A stretch of 64,000 bases of DNA, from the NCBI GenBank assembly GCA_030706405.1, contig JAUZOO010000010.1, positions 82,127 through 146,126 on the forward strand. Direction: 5' to 3'. A model generated the notes under the pieces. The model was not told where the DNA came from, did no database searches, and saw nothing but the letters and a program-made list of their open reading frames with translations. Every line of letters begins with the position of its first letter. Position 1 is the stretch's first letter. Positions 39,856-49,411 of the stretch are shown here, piece after piece. The DNA comes from Bacteroidota bacterium (lineage in GTDB: Bacteria; Bacteroidota; Bacteroidia; Bacteroidales; JAAUTT01). Position numbers and translations under genes: made by a program.

Positions 39856-39947
39856 AGCTTTTTATGTTATGGTTAAAAATATTACAGGTTACGAATATAG
39901 GAAATTTTGCTCCTATACCCGTAACCTGTAAACAATAACGAATCAAA

Positions 39948-41309
39948 TTAGTTATTTTCTTCGAATAATTTATCGAATTCCTCTGAACTAACTTCTTTAC
40001 TTTCAATCGAAACAGTTTCGCGTACATAGTCGAGAACTTTGTCTTCGAACTTACGTTCTACCATACGGCGACGGTCTTCTTCGCGTTTGAGCGATTCGGC
40101 TGCGTAGCTTTCGATGTGTTCGTCCGGAACGTTGAATAAACCGTATTGCTCAAATTGAAGGCGGGTTTGAGCTTTGGCGAATTCAATCATTTCTTCTTCA
40201 GAAATTGTCAGGTTATTATTTTTGATAAGCTTATTTTGAATAAGCTGCCATTTCATATCGTTTTCGAACTTTCCAAATTCCTGTTCGATTTGTTCTACGG
40301 TGAATTTACCTTCGTTTGAAGTGAAGATCCAACGTTTGAGGAATTCAACCGGCAGGTTAAACTGAGCCTTGCCTAATAAAGCGGCTTTGGCATCGAGGCG
40401 GAATTTATATTCGCTTTCGCGCGACAGATTGGCCTGAATTTCTTCTTCAATCTTGGCTTGGAATTGTTCGTTTGTAGTTACGTTTCCTTCGCCATAAATT
40501 TTATCGAAAAGTTCCTGGTTAATTTCGGCTTTTTCGAATTTAGAGATGGTAGCGATGGTGAGCTGGAAATCGGCATCAATGCTGCCAACTTCTTCTTTCT
40601 TCAAGTGAAGGATAGAAGCCAGTTCTACATCGTTAGGATATGCTTTGCGAAGGTTGAAGGAAAGAACAGCATCTTTTTGGAGGCCCATAAATTGCTTTTT
40701 GATCTCTTCGTCCTTAACAAATTCAAGGTAAAGAGTTGATTCAGCAGCAAAGATTCCGCCTTCTTTTATAGCACCATTTTCGAGTTCAACGATTGCACCT
40801 TTAAGCATTTCCTTGCCATCGACAATCGATTCGCAGTTAACAAATGCGCCGTAACGACGGGCATAGTTGTCCGAATAGGTCTCGATAAGTTTGGCGTCGG
40901 GCTTAATGGTATAGCTGGTCAGTTTATCGTCTTTCGAAAGGCTGAGTTCAAATTCGGGAGAGAGTCCGAGGTCGAAAGCGAATTCGAATTCAGTAGCATT
41001 TTCCCAGTCGATTTCTTTTTGTTCTTTTTCGCTTGGGATAGGATCGCCTAAAATATTTAATTGTTCTTCCTTAATATACTTCATCAAATTCTCCGAGAGG
41101 AGTTTGTTGATTTCTTCAACCATCGCGGTTTTTCCGTAGAGTTTATTGATCATTCCGGCCGGAACTTTACCGGGACGGAAGCCGTCGATACGGGCTTTTT
41201 TCTGATAGTCGCCAAGTACCTTTTTTACTTTCGGCTCATAATCTTCTTTGCTGATTTGAACTTTCAAGACTGCGTTTAATTCGTCTTTCAACTCTTTCGT
41301 AATGTTCAT
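39948..41309 (-). CDS. tig: Trigger factor
   Basis: GFRPGKVP ribosome-binding loop; upstream of clpP; ATG at 41309. Confidence 0.95.
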   Translation of the reverse strand: MNITKELKDELNAVLKVQISKEDYEPKVKKVLGDYQKKARIDGFRPGKVPAGMINKLYGKTAMVEEINKLLSENLMKYIKEEQLNILGDPIPSEKEQKEIDWENATEFEFAFDLGLSPEFELSLSKDDKLTSYTIKPDAKLIETYSDNYARRYGAFVNCESIVDGKEMLKGAIVELENGAIKEGGIFAAESTLYLEFVKDEEIKKQFMGLQKDAVLSFNLRKAYPNDVELASILHLKKEEVGSIDADFQLTIATISKFEKAEINQELFDKIYGEGNVTTNEQFQAKIEEEIQANLSRESEYKFRLDAKAALLGKAQFNLPVEFLKRWIFTSNEGKFTVEQIEQEFGKFENDMKWQLIQNKLIKNNNLTISEEEMIEFAKAQTRLQFEQYGLFNVPDEHIESYAAESLKREEDRRRMVERKFEDKVLDYVRETVSIESKEVSSEEFDKLFEENN

Positions 41310-41401
41310 CACTCAGATTTTAATATATGTTAATCATTTTACAAAAAAAGCCTTAACTGTCCGATTGTTAAATCGGTAGTTGAGGCGCTTGTGCAAATAA
41401 G

Positions 41402-41483
41402 TGCGGATGAAGGGACTCGAACCCCCACTCCTTACGGAACCAGATCCTAAGTCTGGCGCGGCTACCAATTACGCCACATCCGC
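41402..41483 (-). tRNA. tRNA-Leu, anticodon TAG
   Basis: GCGGATG acceptor stem, CCAGA-CTTAGGA-TCTGG anticodon arm, long variable arm, GGTTCGAGTCC T-loop; TACCTTTG promoter element upstream. Confidence 0.97.
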
Positions 41484-41923
41484 ATTCTCTAAAAACCGGT
41501 GCAAAGGTATTCATTTTTTGTTTTTTAAGAAATTTCGAACGAAAAAAAGTCTTTTTTTCTTTGCATCGAAACCAAATGGCTTATATTCAACCTCAAACCA
41601 GCAATTTATGAACCGATAATTCGCTTATAAAGTTTTTTGGGTGTTAATCCCGAAGAACTTTGAACCGCTTGTTAATATAAAATAGATGCTTAAACCTGGT
41701 TTTGGAAGGGAGGCGTAAAAATGATTTTATGCCGCTAAACATCCTTAGTACAATACGATCAAGATAGCTGCATTTCTTTTTTTGATCTGAATTGAATGCT
41801 TTCCGATCGGGGCGAAGGCATCCAGCTTTCGTTCCGGTTAATTTTTATGGAGGTTTATAACAAACAGAAAGTCAATGGCCGGATAACTTGTGCAGGAAAT
41901 TACTTAACTGACCCAAAAACTAT

Positions 41924-42235
41924 AATCCTGCTATTGGGATTTAAGATAATTTTGAAAGAAACTCATTTCCCAAGTTTGGGATTTTAGATAAATTTAAAAT
42001 GAACACTTATCCCAAATAGCGAATTCGAGTTTTTTCTTTGTGGAACGATAATCCCAAATGTCGGATAAGTGTTTTTTCAAAGTTTTTGTAAAATCCCAAC
42101 TGGCGGATTGGGCAAAATTCATCAGAAAACCATAATCCCAAATGGCGGATAAGTGCTTTTTGTTTGTTAATCTGAAATCCGACACTTGGGATAATCGATT
42201 TTTTATGCATAATGTCTTATCCCAAACGGGCAATC
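41924..42235. repeat. Array of eight 18-bp quasi-palindromes (WATCC-N8-GGATW) at an exact 42-bp period
   Basis: Cores start at 41924, 41966, 42008, 42050, 42092, 42134, 42176, 42218, separated by 24-bp AT-rich spacers. Confidence 0.85.
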
Positions 42236-42562
42236 GGTCTATTAATATCCAGCTGGCTATAAAAACGATCCGGATTGTGTTCCCTTCAAACTAAAACATC
42301 GGCATACCCGCGAGGTTTGTCATTTCTCACCTTCACATTGTTCGTTCGTCAGAATTTGGTTAGTTTAAACGTGTTAATAATTGGCATAACCTTACTGTTT
42401 TCAATAATAGTCTCCTCCGACCAATAAAGTTTAGCGAAAGATTTTACAAAAAAAATCTTTTTCCCGATAGGGTAAATCCTTCTTAAGAAATCATAATAAC
42501 AGAAGCAGAAATACAGATTCTGTTCAACCCCGGGATACGCATTAAACTTAAAAACTTAAGCC

Positions 42563-43840
42563 ATGAAAACACATAATAACATTTTCGCACTAATAGCTGC
42601 TTGCTTGATGGTGGCTCTCTTTACAGCATATTTTAATCCGGTTATGGCAGGCGACGACCAATTCTCTGTAATACGCGGAAAACTGGTTGATCAGGCAAAC
42701 AAAAAACCACTGATGTTTGCCAATATCTATCTCGATAATACCGGCATCGGAACAGTATCGAACGGCGAAGGGGAATTTATTCTCAAAGTGCCCGTCGATG
42801 AGCAAAACCATCCGATAAAAGTCTCCTACATGGGGTATCGGTCGCAGTCTTTCAACTTTAACGACCTCTCCCGCGATTACAACGTTATTCCAATGGAGCT
42901 GGAGGCAATTAATATTAAAGAAGTAATTGTACGGACGAACGACCCGATTTCGCTGATACGTGGAGTTATTAAAAATATTCCCGAAAATTATGGACGGACA
43001 CCTTATGTAGGCACAGCATTTTATCGCGAATCGGCCATGCAAAACCGCCAATACGTGGGCGTTGCCGAGGCTATCCTTTCCATTTACAAATCGGATTATG
43101 GCAACGAAATGGCCGAAGATCGTATCAAAGTATTTAAAGGTCGCAAAAGTCAGGATGTAAAACGAATGGATACGCTCGTGTTTAAACTTCAGGGAGGGCA
43201 TTACGTAGCTACACTGCTTGACTTAGCCAAAAGTCCCGAAACGTTTATGCTCGAAAAATTCTTCCACGTTTACAACTATCAACCCGTTACCACCACTAAC
43301 ATTGAAGGCCGCGAAACCTATGTAATCGATTTTGCTCAACGTAAAGAAATAGACGATGCTTTTTATACCGGGCGGTTATATATCGATGTAAATACACTGG
43401 CAATCAAGAAAGCAGAATTCTCTATCAGTCCGTACGGGTTAAAATTTGCCGACCAATACCTGGTAAAGAAAAGGCCGATAGGATATTCTGTTAAAACAAC
43501 AAGCGGCCATTACATGGTTGATTACCGCGAAATAAACGGAAAATGGATGTTAAACCACGTGCGATACGAAGTAAAATTTAAGGTCGATAAAAAACGACTG
43601 TTTTCGTTCAGCAAAACATATACTTCAACCGTCGATTTGGCTATGACCGACAAAGATACCGTGAACGTTGCCAAATTTAAACTCCGTGAAAGCGTAAAAC
43701 CCAATGATGTATTCATCGACCATGTGAGCAGTTTTTACGACGAAGATTTTTGGGGCAGCTATAATATTATTAAACCCGAGGAACCTATTGAAGCAGCCAT
43801 TGAACGGATAGGCAAACGCCTGCAGAAATATCAGAAATAA
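42563..43840 (+). CDS. Exported protein with carboxypeptidase-like regulatory domain
   Basis: Signal peptide, GTVSNGEGEF, SYMGY, AFYRE, YDEDFWGSYNII. Confidence 0.85.
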   Translation: MKTHNNIFALIAACLMVALFTAYFNPVMAGDDQFSVIRGKLVDQANKKPLMFANIYLDNTGIGTVSNGEGEFILKVPVDEQNHPIKVSYMGYRSQSFNFNDLSRDYNVIPMELEAINIKEVIVRTNDPISLIRGVIKNIPENYGRTPYVGTAFYRESAMQNRQYVGVAEAILSIYKSDYGNEMAEDRIKVFKGRKSQDVKRMDTLVFKLQGGHYVATLLDLAKSPETFMLEKFFHVYNYQPVTTTNIEGRETYVIDFAQRKEIDDAFYTGRLYIDVNTLAIKKAEFSISPYGLKFADQYLVKKRPIGYSVKTTSGHYMVDYREINGKWMLNHVRYEVKFKVDKKRLFSFSKTYTSTVDLAMTDKDTVNVAKFKLRESVKPNDVFIDHVSSFYDEDFWGSYNIIKPEEPIEAAIERIGKRLQKYQK

Positions 43841-43883
43841 TTTTTTTCATAGTTCGTTAGTTTTGTGAGGTTAGTAGATTAGC

Positions 43884-43916
43884 AAAACACCGGGATTGGG
43901 GTCCCGGTGTTTTTTT
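43884..43916. terminator. Bidirectional terminator
   Basis: AAAACACCGGGA / TCCCGGTGTTTT plus T-run. Confidence 0.85.
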
Positions 43917-43918
43917 AT

Positions 43919-44644
43919 TTAGCTTCTTAATTCGAAATTCTTTCCAAGATAAACCCTTCGTACCTGCTCGTCTTCGGCGAGGTCCTGGGCAGTTCCGGCT
44001 TTTAGAATGTCCCCTTCGAACAACAGGTAAGCCCGGTCGGTTATCGAAAGCGTTTCATGTACATTATGGTCGGTAATCAAAATACCAATATTCTTTTCCT
44101 TCAGTTTGCCAACAATCGACTGAATATCCTCAACGGCGATAGGGTCAACACCAGCAAAGGGCTCATCGAGTAATATAAATTTGGGATTAATGGCCAATGC
44201 ACGGGCAATCTCGGTACGTCGGCGTTCTCCACCCGATAATTGGTAGCCAAAGCTTTTGCGAATTTTATTCAGACCAAATTCCTGTAACAACGATTCAACA
44301 CGCTCGTGCTGTTCTTGTTTGCTAAGGGTTGTCATTTCCAAAACCGAAAGGATATTATCCTCTACCGAAAGCTTACGGAATACACTGGCTTCCTGAGCCA
44401 GATATCCAATGCCTTTTTGAGCGCGACGATAAACAGGTTCTTTCGTAATATCTTCGTCGTCAAGATAAATGTGCCCCTCGTTTGGAGTGATAAGCCCTAC
44501 AATCATATAAAACGAAGTTGTTTTACCGGCACCGTTAGGACCAAGCAATCCAACAATTTCTCCCTGATTAACCTCTACGGAAACTCCTTTTACAACAACT
44601 CTGGAACGGTAACGTTTTACAAGATTTTCGGTACGTAGCTTCAC
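43919..44644 (-). CDS. lptB: LPS export ABC ATPase
   Basis: [49 protein letters not shown]. Confidence 0.96.
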   Translation of the reverse strand: MKLRTENLVKRYRSRVVVKGVSVEVNQGEIVGLLGPNGAGKTTSFYMIVGLITPNEGHIYLDDEDITKEPVYRRAQKGIGYLAQEASVFRKLSVEDNILSVLEMTTLSKQEQHERVESLLQEFGLNKIRKSFGYQLSGGERRRTEIARALAINPKFILLDEPFAGVDPIAVEDIQSIVGKLKEKNIGILITDHNVHETLSITDRAYLLFEGDILKAGTAQDLAEDEQVRRVYLGKNFELRS

Positions 44645-44806
44645 GGCAATAAATTTAAATGATTACTTGGCGTTACGTTTGCTAACTATAAAATGCTTAT
44701 TTTAAGCATACAAACGTCTTTGTTATTATTTTATTTTCAAGGCACAAATATAACGATTAACCATAAAGTTATTCGGAATAAAATGACCTTAAGATTTAAC
44801 TTCCTT

Positions 44807-45619
44807 TTAATTCTTCTGTGCGTTTCTTCTGCGTGTTACAATCGCTGAAATGACGATACTTACCTCATAGAGCAATATCAATGGGATGCTCACTAAAATT
44901 TGGCTAAATACGTCGGGTGGGGTAATAACCGCAGCCACTACAAGGATAACAATTATGGCATGACGACGGTACTTTCGCATAAACTGTGGCGACATTATTC
45001 CAATCTTACTAAGAAAATACGCCAGAATTGGCAGCTCAAATATCAGTCCACTGGCCAGGGTTACCGAAGCTATGGTCGAGAAATAAGAGGTTAGGTTTAT
45101 CTGATTTTCAATTTGAGAGCTAACTGCGTAGGAACCGAGAAAATGTACCGAAAATGGCACAATCATGTAATAACCAAACAAAATTCCCAACAAAAACAGT
45201 GATGAAATGGCAAATACGGCACCGCGTGCATGATTCCGCTCATTACTGTGCAGGGCCGGAGCAACAAAGCTCCAGAACTCCCGGATTACAAATGGCGAAG
45301 CAATAATTAAACCGGCAATCACCGACACCATCATGTCGGTGGAGAACTGACCCGACATATCAATATTTATCAGTTTGAGCGGCTTAGAGTTTATGCACAG
45401 GCTCGATGTATGAAGCAATCCACCAAGTTTGCAAAGCAACCGGTTACTAATAAAGTCGGGGTTTTTGGGAGTAAGTAAAATATAGTCGAATATATACCTG
45501 CTATAAACAAAAGCCAAGGTTGCAAACACTACAATTGCCAAGGCTGAACGTATGATATGCCACCTCAGTTCTTCGAGATGCTCAAGAAACGTCATCTCCG
45601 ACGCAGAATCCTTCTTCAT
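44807..45619 (-). CDS. tatC: Twin-arginine translocase subunit
   Basis: MTFLEHLEELR, PAL, FELP, AAVITPPD, LYE. Confidence 0.96.
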   Translation of the reverse strand: MKKDSASEMTFLEHLEELRWHIIRSALAIVVFATLAFVYSRYIFDYILLTPKNPDFISNRLLCKLGGLLHTSSLCINSKPLKLINIDMSGQFSTDMMVSVIAGLIIASPFVIREFWSFVAPALHSNERNHARGAVFAISSLFLLGILFGYYMIVPFSVHFLGSYAVSSQIENQINLTSYFSTIASVTLASGLIFELPILAYFLSKIGIMSPQFMRKYRRHAIIVILVVAAVITPPDVFSQILVSIPLILLYEVSIVISAIVTRRRNAQKN

Positions 45620-45917
45620 AAGAAAATTTTAAAAAATCTTGTTTATCCGCCAAATTTTAACATACTTTGAATTCCCTAAAAACTCCTAAAGTCAGATTGT
45701 CCGTTTGTTTTTGGTAACAAAATTATTTTTGAGCTTAGAGCCTGCCAATTCAAAAAATTGTATAAATTTAAGTGCAAATGTATTTAAATTTTGTTCCCAA
45801 TCTTGGCAAATATTCAAACTAAACATTTAGAAAATCAAATTAACTATATTTGCATTGACCGCGAACAAAGAGCTTAATTCAAGCCTTTAGTTAAAATAAC
45901 GTAAGAATAATAATTAA

Positions 45918-48110
45918 ATGAGATCTGGGATAGATATTTCATTAACTGAACATCTTAAAAAGCATTTTGGATTCACTTCATTTAAAGGAAACCAGGAAGC
46001 CATTATCAATAATGTTTTGGCCGGAAATGACGGCTTTGTTTTGATGCCTACCGGAGGAGGAAAATCACTTTGTTACCAGTTGCCGGCCTTAATCATGGAA
46101 GGTACGGCAATTATTATATCTCCCCTGATAGCCCTGATGAAAAATCAGGTGGATGCTATGCGTAGCTTCAGTACCGACGACATGGTTGCTCATTTTCTTA
46201 ACTCTTCGCTTTCTAAAGCTCAAATTACCAAAGTTAAAGAAGATGTGATGGATGGCCGTACCAAGATGCTCTACGTTGCCCCCGAATCGCTCACAAAAGA
46301 GGAAAATATACAATTTCTTAAACAGATTAAAATTTCGTTTTATGCCGTAGACGAAGCTCACTGCATCTCAGAATGGGGGCACGACTTTCGTCCTGAATAC
46401 CGTCGTATTCGTCCTATCATCAACGAGATAGGCTCGGCGCCCATTATTGCGTTAACGGCCACGGCTACACCCAAGGTTCAGCACGATATTCAGAAAAATT
46501 TGAATATGCTTGAAGCTACTGTTTTCAAGTCGTCATTCAACAGACATAACCTGTATTACGAGGTACGCCCGAAGATTAACGCCACCAAGGAAATTATCAA
46601 ATACATCAAAAATAACTGTGGGAAATCAGGTATTATCTATTGCCTGAGTCGTAAAAAAGTAGAAGAACTAGCCGAAATACTGCGTGTTAATGGCATTAAA
46701 GCCCTTGCTTACCATGCCGGAATGGACGCCAATACCAGAGCCGACAACCAGGATAAATTCCTTATGGAAGACTGCGATGTAATCGTTGCTACAATTGCTT
46801 TCGGGATGGGTATCGACAAGCCCGATGTTCGCTACGTTATCCATTACGACATGCCTAAAAGCCTTGAAGGTTATTACCAGGAAACTGGCCGTGCCGGTCG
46901 CGATGGTGGCGAAGGTAACTGCATTGCATTTTACAGTTACAAGGACATTCAGAAACTCGAGAAGTTTATGCAGGGTAAACCAGTTGCCGAGCAGGAAATC
47001 GGACGCCACCTGTTGCTCGAAACTACTGCCTATGCAGAATCGGCTCTGTGTCGCCGTAGAACGCTTCTGCACTATTTCGGAGAAGATTATCCGGATGTAA
47101 ATTGTGAAACTTGCGATAACTGTCGTTTCCCGAAAACACAGTTCGAGGGTCAGGAATATGTGGAACAGGTTCTTGATGCTATTCTTGCTGTAAAAGAAAA
47201 ATTTAAATCAGACCATATCGCCAATATTCTGGCCGGAAACCTTGACAGTGCTATCAAGTCGTACAAACATCATAAGCTTGAAATTTTCGGCACGGGAAGC
47301 GAAAAAGATAACAAATTTTGGAATTCGGTAATTCGCCAGGCATTGGTGGCTCACTTTATTCAAAAAGACATTGAAAATTATGGATTATTGGGATTAACAC
47401 CCCTGGGGCACGAATATCTGGAACATCCCCATCCCATTACACTTTACGAAGATCACCATTATGCCGATGAAGAGGATGAAGAAGGCGGAATGGGAGGAGG
47501 AAAAACCAGCACGGTTGACACCGAGTTGTTTAATATCCTGAAAGATTTGCGTAAAAAAATGTCGAAGCAGAAAAGTCTTCCGCCATTTGTTATTTTTCAG
47601 GATCCGTCGCTTGAGGATATGTCTATCCAGTACCCTATTACCATGGAGGAACTCCAGAATATCGTTGGGGTAGGAGCTGGGAAAGCTCAGCGGTATGGCA
47701 AGGAATTCCTTGAGTTGATTAAGGCTTATGTCGAGGAAAAGGAGATTATCCGTCCGCAGGACATGGTCGTAAAATCAGTGGTGAATAAGTCGGGGATGAA
47801 AGTATATATCATTCAGGCTATTGACCGTAAAATGTCGCTCGACGATATTTGCAATGCGAAAAATCTGTCGATGGGCGACTTGCTTAACGAAATCGAAGCA
47901 ATCGTAAACTCCGGGACCAAGCTTAACCTCGATTATTATATTGATGAAGTTTTAGATGAGGAACATCAAGACGAAGTGTTCGATTACTTCCGCGAAGAAG
48001 CCGAATCCGAATCAATAGAAGAAGCTTTAAAGGTTCTTGGCGACGACGAATACAGCGAAGAAGAAATTCGCTTAATGCGTATAAAGTTTATCTCCGAAAT
48101 GGGGAATTAA
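45918..48110 (+). CDS. recQ: ATP-dependent DNA helicase RecQ
   Basis: MPTGGGKSLCYQ, DEAHCISEWGHDFRP, QETGRAGRDG, Zn/RQC and HRDC regions. Confidence 0.97.
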   Translation: MRSGIDISLTEHLKKHFGFTSFKGNQEAIINNVLAGNDGFVLMPTGGGKSLCYQLPALIMEGTAIIISPLIALMKNQVDAMRSFSTDDMVAHFLNSSLSKAQITKVKEDVMDGRTKMLYVAPESLTKEENIQFLKQIKISFYAVDEAHCISEWGHDFRPEYRRIRPIINEIGSAPIIALTATATPKVQHDIQKNLNMLEATVFKSSFNRHNLYYEVRPKINATKEIIKYIKNNCGKSGIIYCLSRKKVEELAEILRVNGIKALAYHAGMDANTRADNQDKFLMEDCDVIVATIAFGMGIDKPDVRYVIHYDMPKSLEGYYQETGRAGRDGGEGNCIAFYSYKDIQKLEKFMQGKPVAEQEIGRHLLLETTAYAESALCRRRTLLHYFGEDYPDVNCETCDNCRFPKTQFEGQEYVEQVLDAILAVKEKFKSDHIANILAGNLDSAIKSYKHHKLEIFGTGSEKDNKFWNSVIRQALVAHFIQKDIENYGLLGLTPLGHEYLEHPHPITLYEDHHYADEEDEEGGMGGGKTSTVDTELFNILKDLRKKMSKQKSLPPFVIFQDPSLEDMSIQYPITMEELQNIVGVGAGKAQRYGKEFLELIKAYVEEKEIIRPQDMVVKSVVNKSGMKVYIIQAIDRKMSLDDICNAKNLSMGDLLNEIEAIVNSGTKLNLDYYIDEVLDEEHQDEVFDYFREEAESESIEEALKVLGDDEYSEEEIRLMRIKFISEMGN

Positions 48111-48138
48111 TCTTCTTCTGATAAAGCACGAATTGAAC

Positions 48139-48190
48139 GAATACCAATGTCTAAATCACAAAAAAGCGTTGGTATTCTTTTTTTTGTGAT
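48139..48190. terminator. Terminator between convergent recQ and permease genes
   Basis: GAATACCAATG / CGTTGGTATTC plus T8. Confidence 0.7.
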
Positions 48191-48209
48191 AAATCAATGA
48201 TTGACCTTT

Positions 48210-49400
48210 CTATTCCATCTTTGTGTCAAATCCATCTCTAAGTCCATTGCCCAGAAAGTTAAATGCCAAGACCATCAGCATTATGGCAAAGCCGGGAAGA
48301 ATGGCTAAATATGCCTGGTCAAGAATGATATAGCCATAATGGTCTTTAATCATATTTCCCCATGAAGGTACCGGTGGCTGAACTCCAACTCCAAGAAAGC
48401 TTAACCCAGCCTCCATCAATATAGCTGATGCAAAATTTGCTGCTGAAATAATTACCACTGGCCCTATTATATTCGGCAGTATATGCCTGAAGATGATACG
48501 GAAATCGCCAAAACCCAATGCCCGGGCTGCTTCTACAAATTCCTTTTCCCGAAAGCTGAGAACCTGGCCTCTAACCACACGAGCCACTTCCACCCACATG
48601 GTGAGCCCCACGGCAACAAATACCTGCCAAAAGCCTTTCCCCAATACCAATGTAATTGACAATACCATTAATAATGTAGGGATTGACCAAACAACGTTTA
48701 TAAGCCATGAGATAAATACATCCGTTCGGTCACGGTAATAACCAGCCACAACGCCAAGCCATATACCGATTATAAGTGAAATGAAAACTGAAATAAACCC
48801 TACGGAGAACGAAACTCGGGTTCCGATTATCAGGCGGCTGAACATATCGCGACCAAACCGGTCGGTACCTAAAAGAAATGTCCGGGTTACAATCTGTTTA
48901 TCAACAATGGTTTTTATAAGTTCCGCTTTGGAAATAGTGATTATACGACCTTCCGCGTCCTTAAACCTAAAATTGTCTTTGGTGGTTTTTACAACAGGCA
49001 CAGACTTATCCACAGGGAATACAACATCTACAAGGTGAAATCGGGATTCAAAAGGTTCGTCGCCCTTTCCCGATGAATATTCGTTTAAAATTAGAGAATC
49101 GCCCTGAATTTTGAATGAATCTATAGGAATACATTGATATTGAGTTTCTCTACCCAGTAACATGGTATGAAAAAAGGACGAACTTTCAATATTCTGATGT
49201 TTTCGAATAAGTGCAATCTTTGCCTTAAACATTGGTGGCTTGGCTGCAATGGAAAGCATTTGATTGTTCGAAAATGGCGTAGAGTCAGGGGTTATAAGAT
49301 ATCCCAACAGGGCTATAAAAAATGATAGCAAGATAAAAATGGCCCCGGCAATCGAAAGCTTATTATGCTTAAACCTGTTCCAAAAAAGAGAATTTTCCAT
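48210..49400 (-). CDS. Peptide ABC transporter permease (OppC/DppC-like)
   Basis: LGTDRFGRD, EFVEAARALG, RHILPN, EAGLSFLGVG, PSWG. Confidence 0.92.
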   Translation of the reverse strand: MENSLFWNRFKHNKLSIAGAIFILLSFFIALLGYLITPDSTPFSNNQMLSIAAKPPMFKAKIALIRKHQNIESSSFFHTMLLGRETQYQCIPIDSFKIQGDSLILNEYSSGKGDEPFESRFHLVDVVFPVDKSVPVVKTTKDNFRFKDAEGRIITISKAELIKTIVDKQIVTRTFLLGTDRFGRDMFSRLIIGTRVSFSVGFISVFISLIIGIWLGVVAGYYRDRTDVFISWLINVVWSIPTLLMVLSITLVLGKGFWQVFVAVGLTMWVEVARVVRGQVLSFREKEFVEAARALGFGDFRIIFRHILPNIIGPVVIISAANFASAILMEAGLSFLGVGVQPPVPSWGNMIKDHYGYIILDQAYLAILPGFAIMLMVLAFNFLGNGLRDGFDTKME

Positions 49401-49411
49401 TTACGCTTGAA

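Noticed and set aside
41401-41619. 72-aa ORF
   Set aside because: Antisense shadow of tRNA-Leu.
41994-42233. 79-aa and 67-aa ORFs with 14-aa repeats
   Set aside because: Explained by the DNA periodicity; DNA-level palindromy and unit inversion argue against protein-level selection, though not excluded.
41924-42235. Canonical CRISPR array
   Set aside because: Repeats are only 18 bp, degenerate and of mixed orientation, spacers are related to one another, and no cas genes are present.
41310-42560. Prophage or island integrated at tRNA-Leu
   Set aside because: No integrase and no duplicated tRNA 3' end; tig follows directly.
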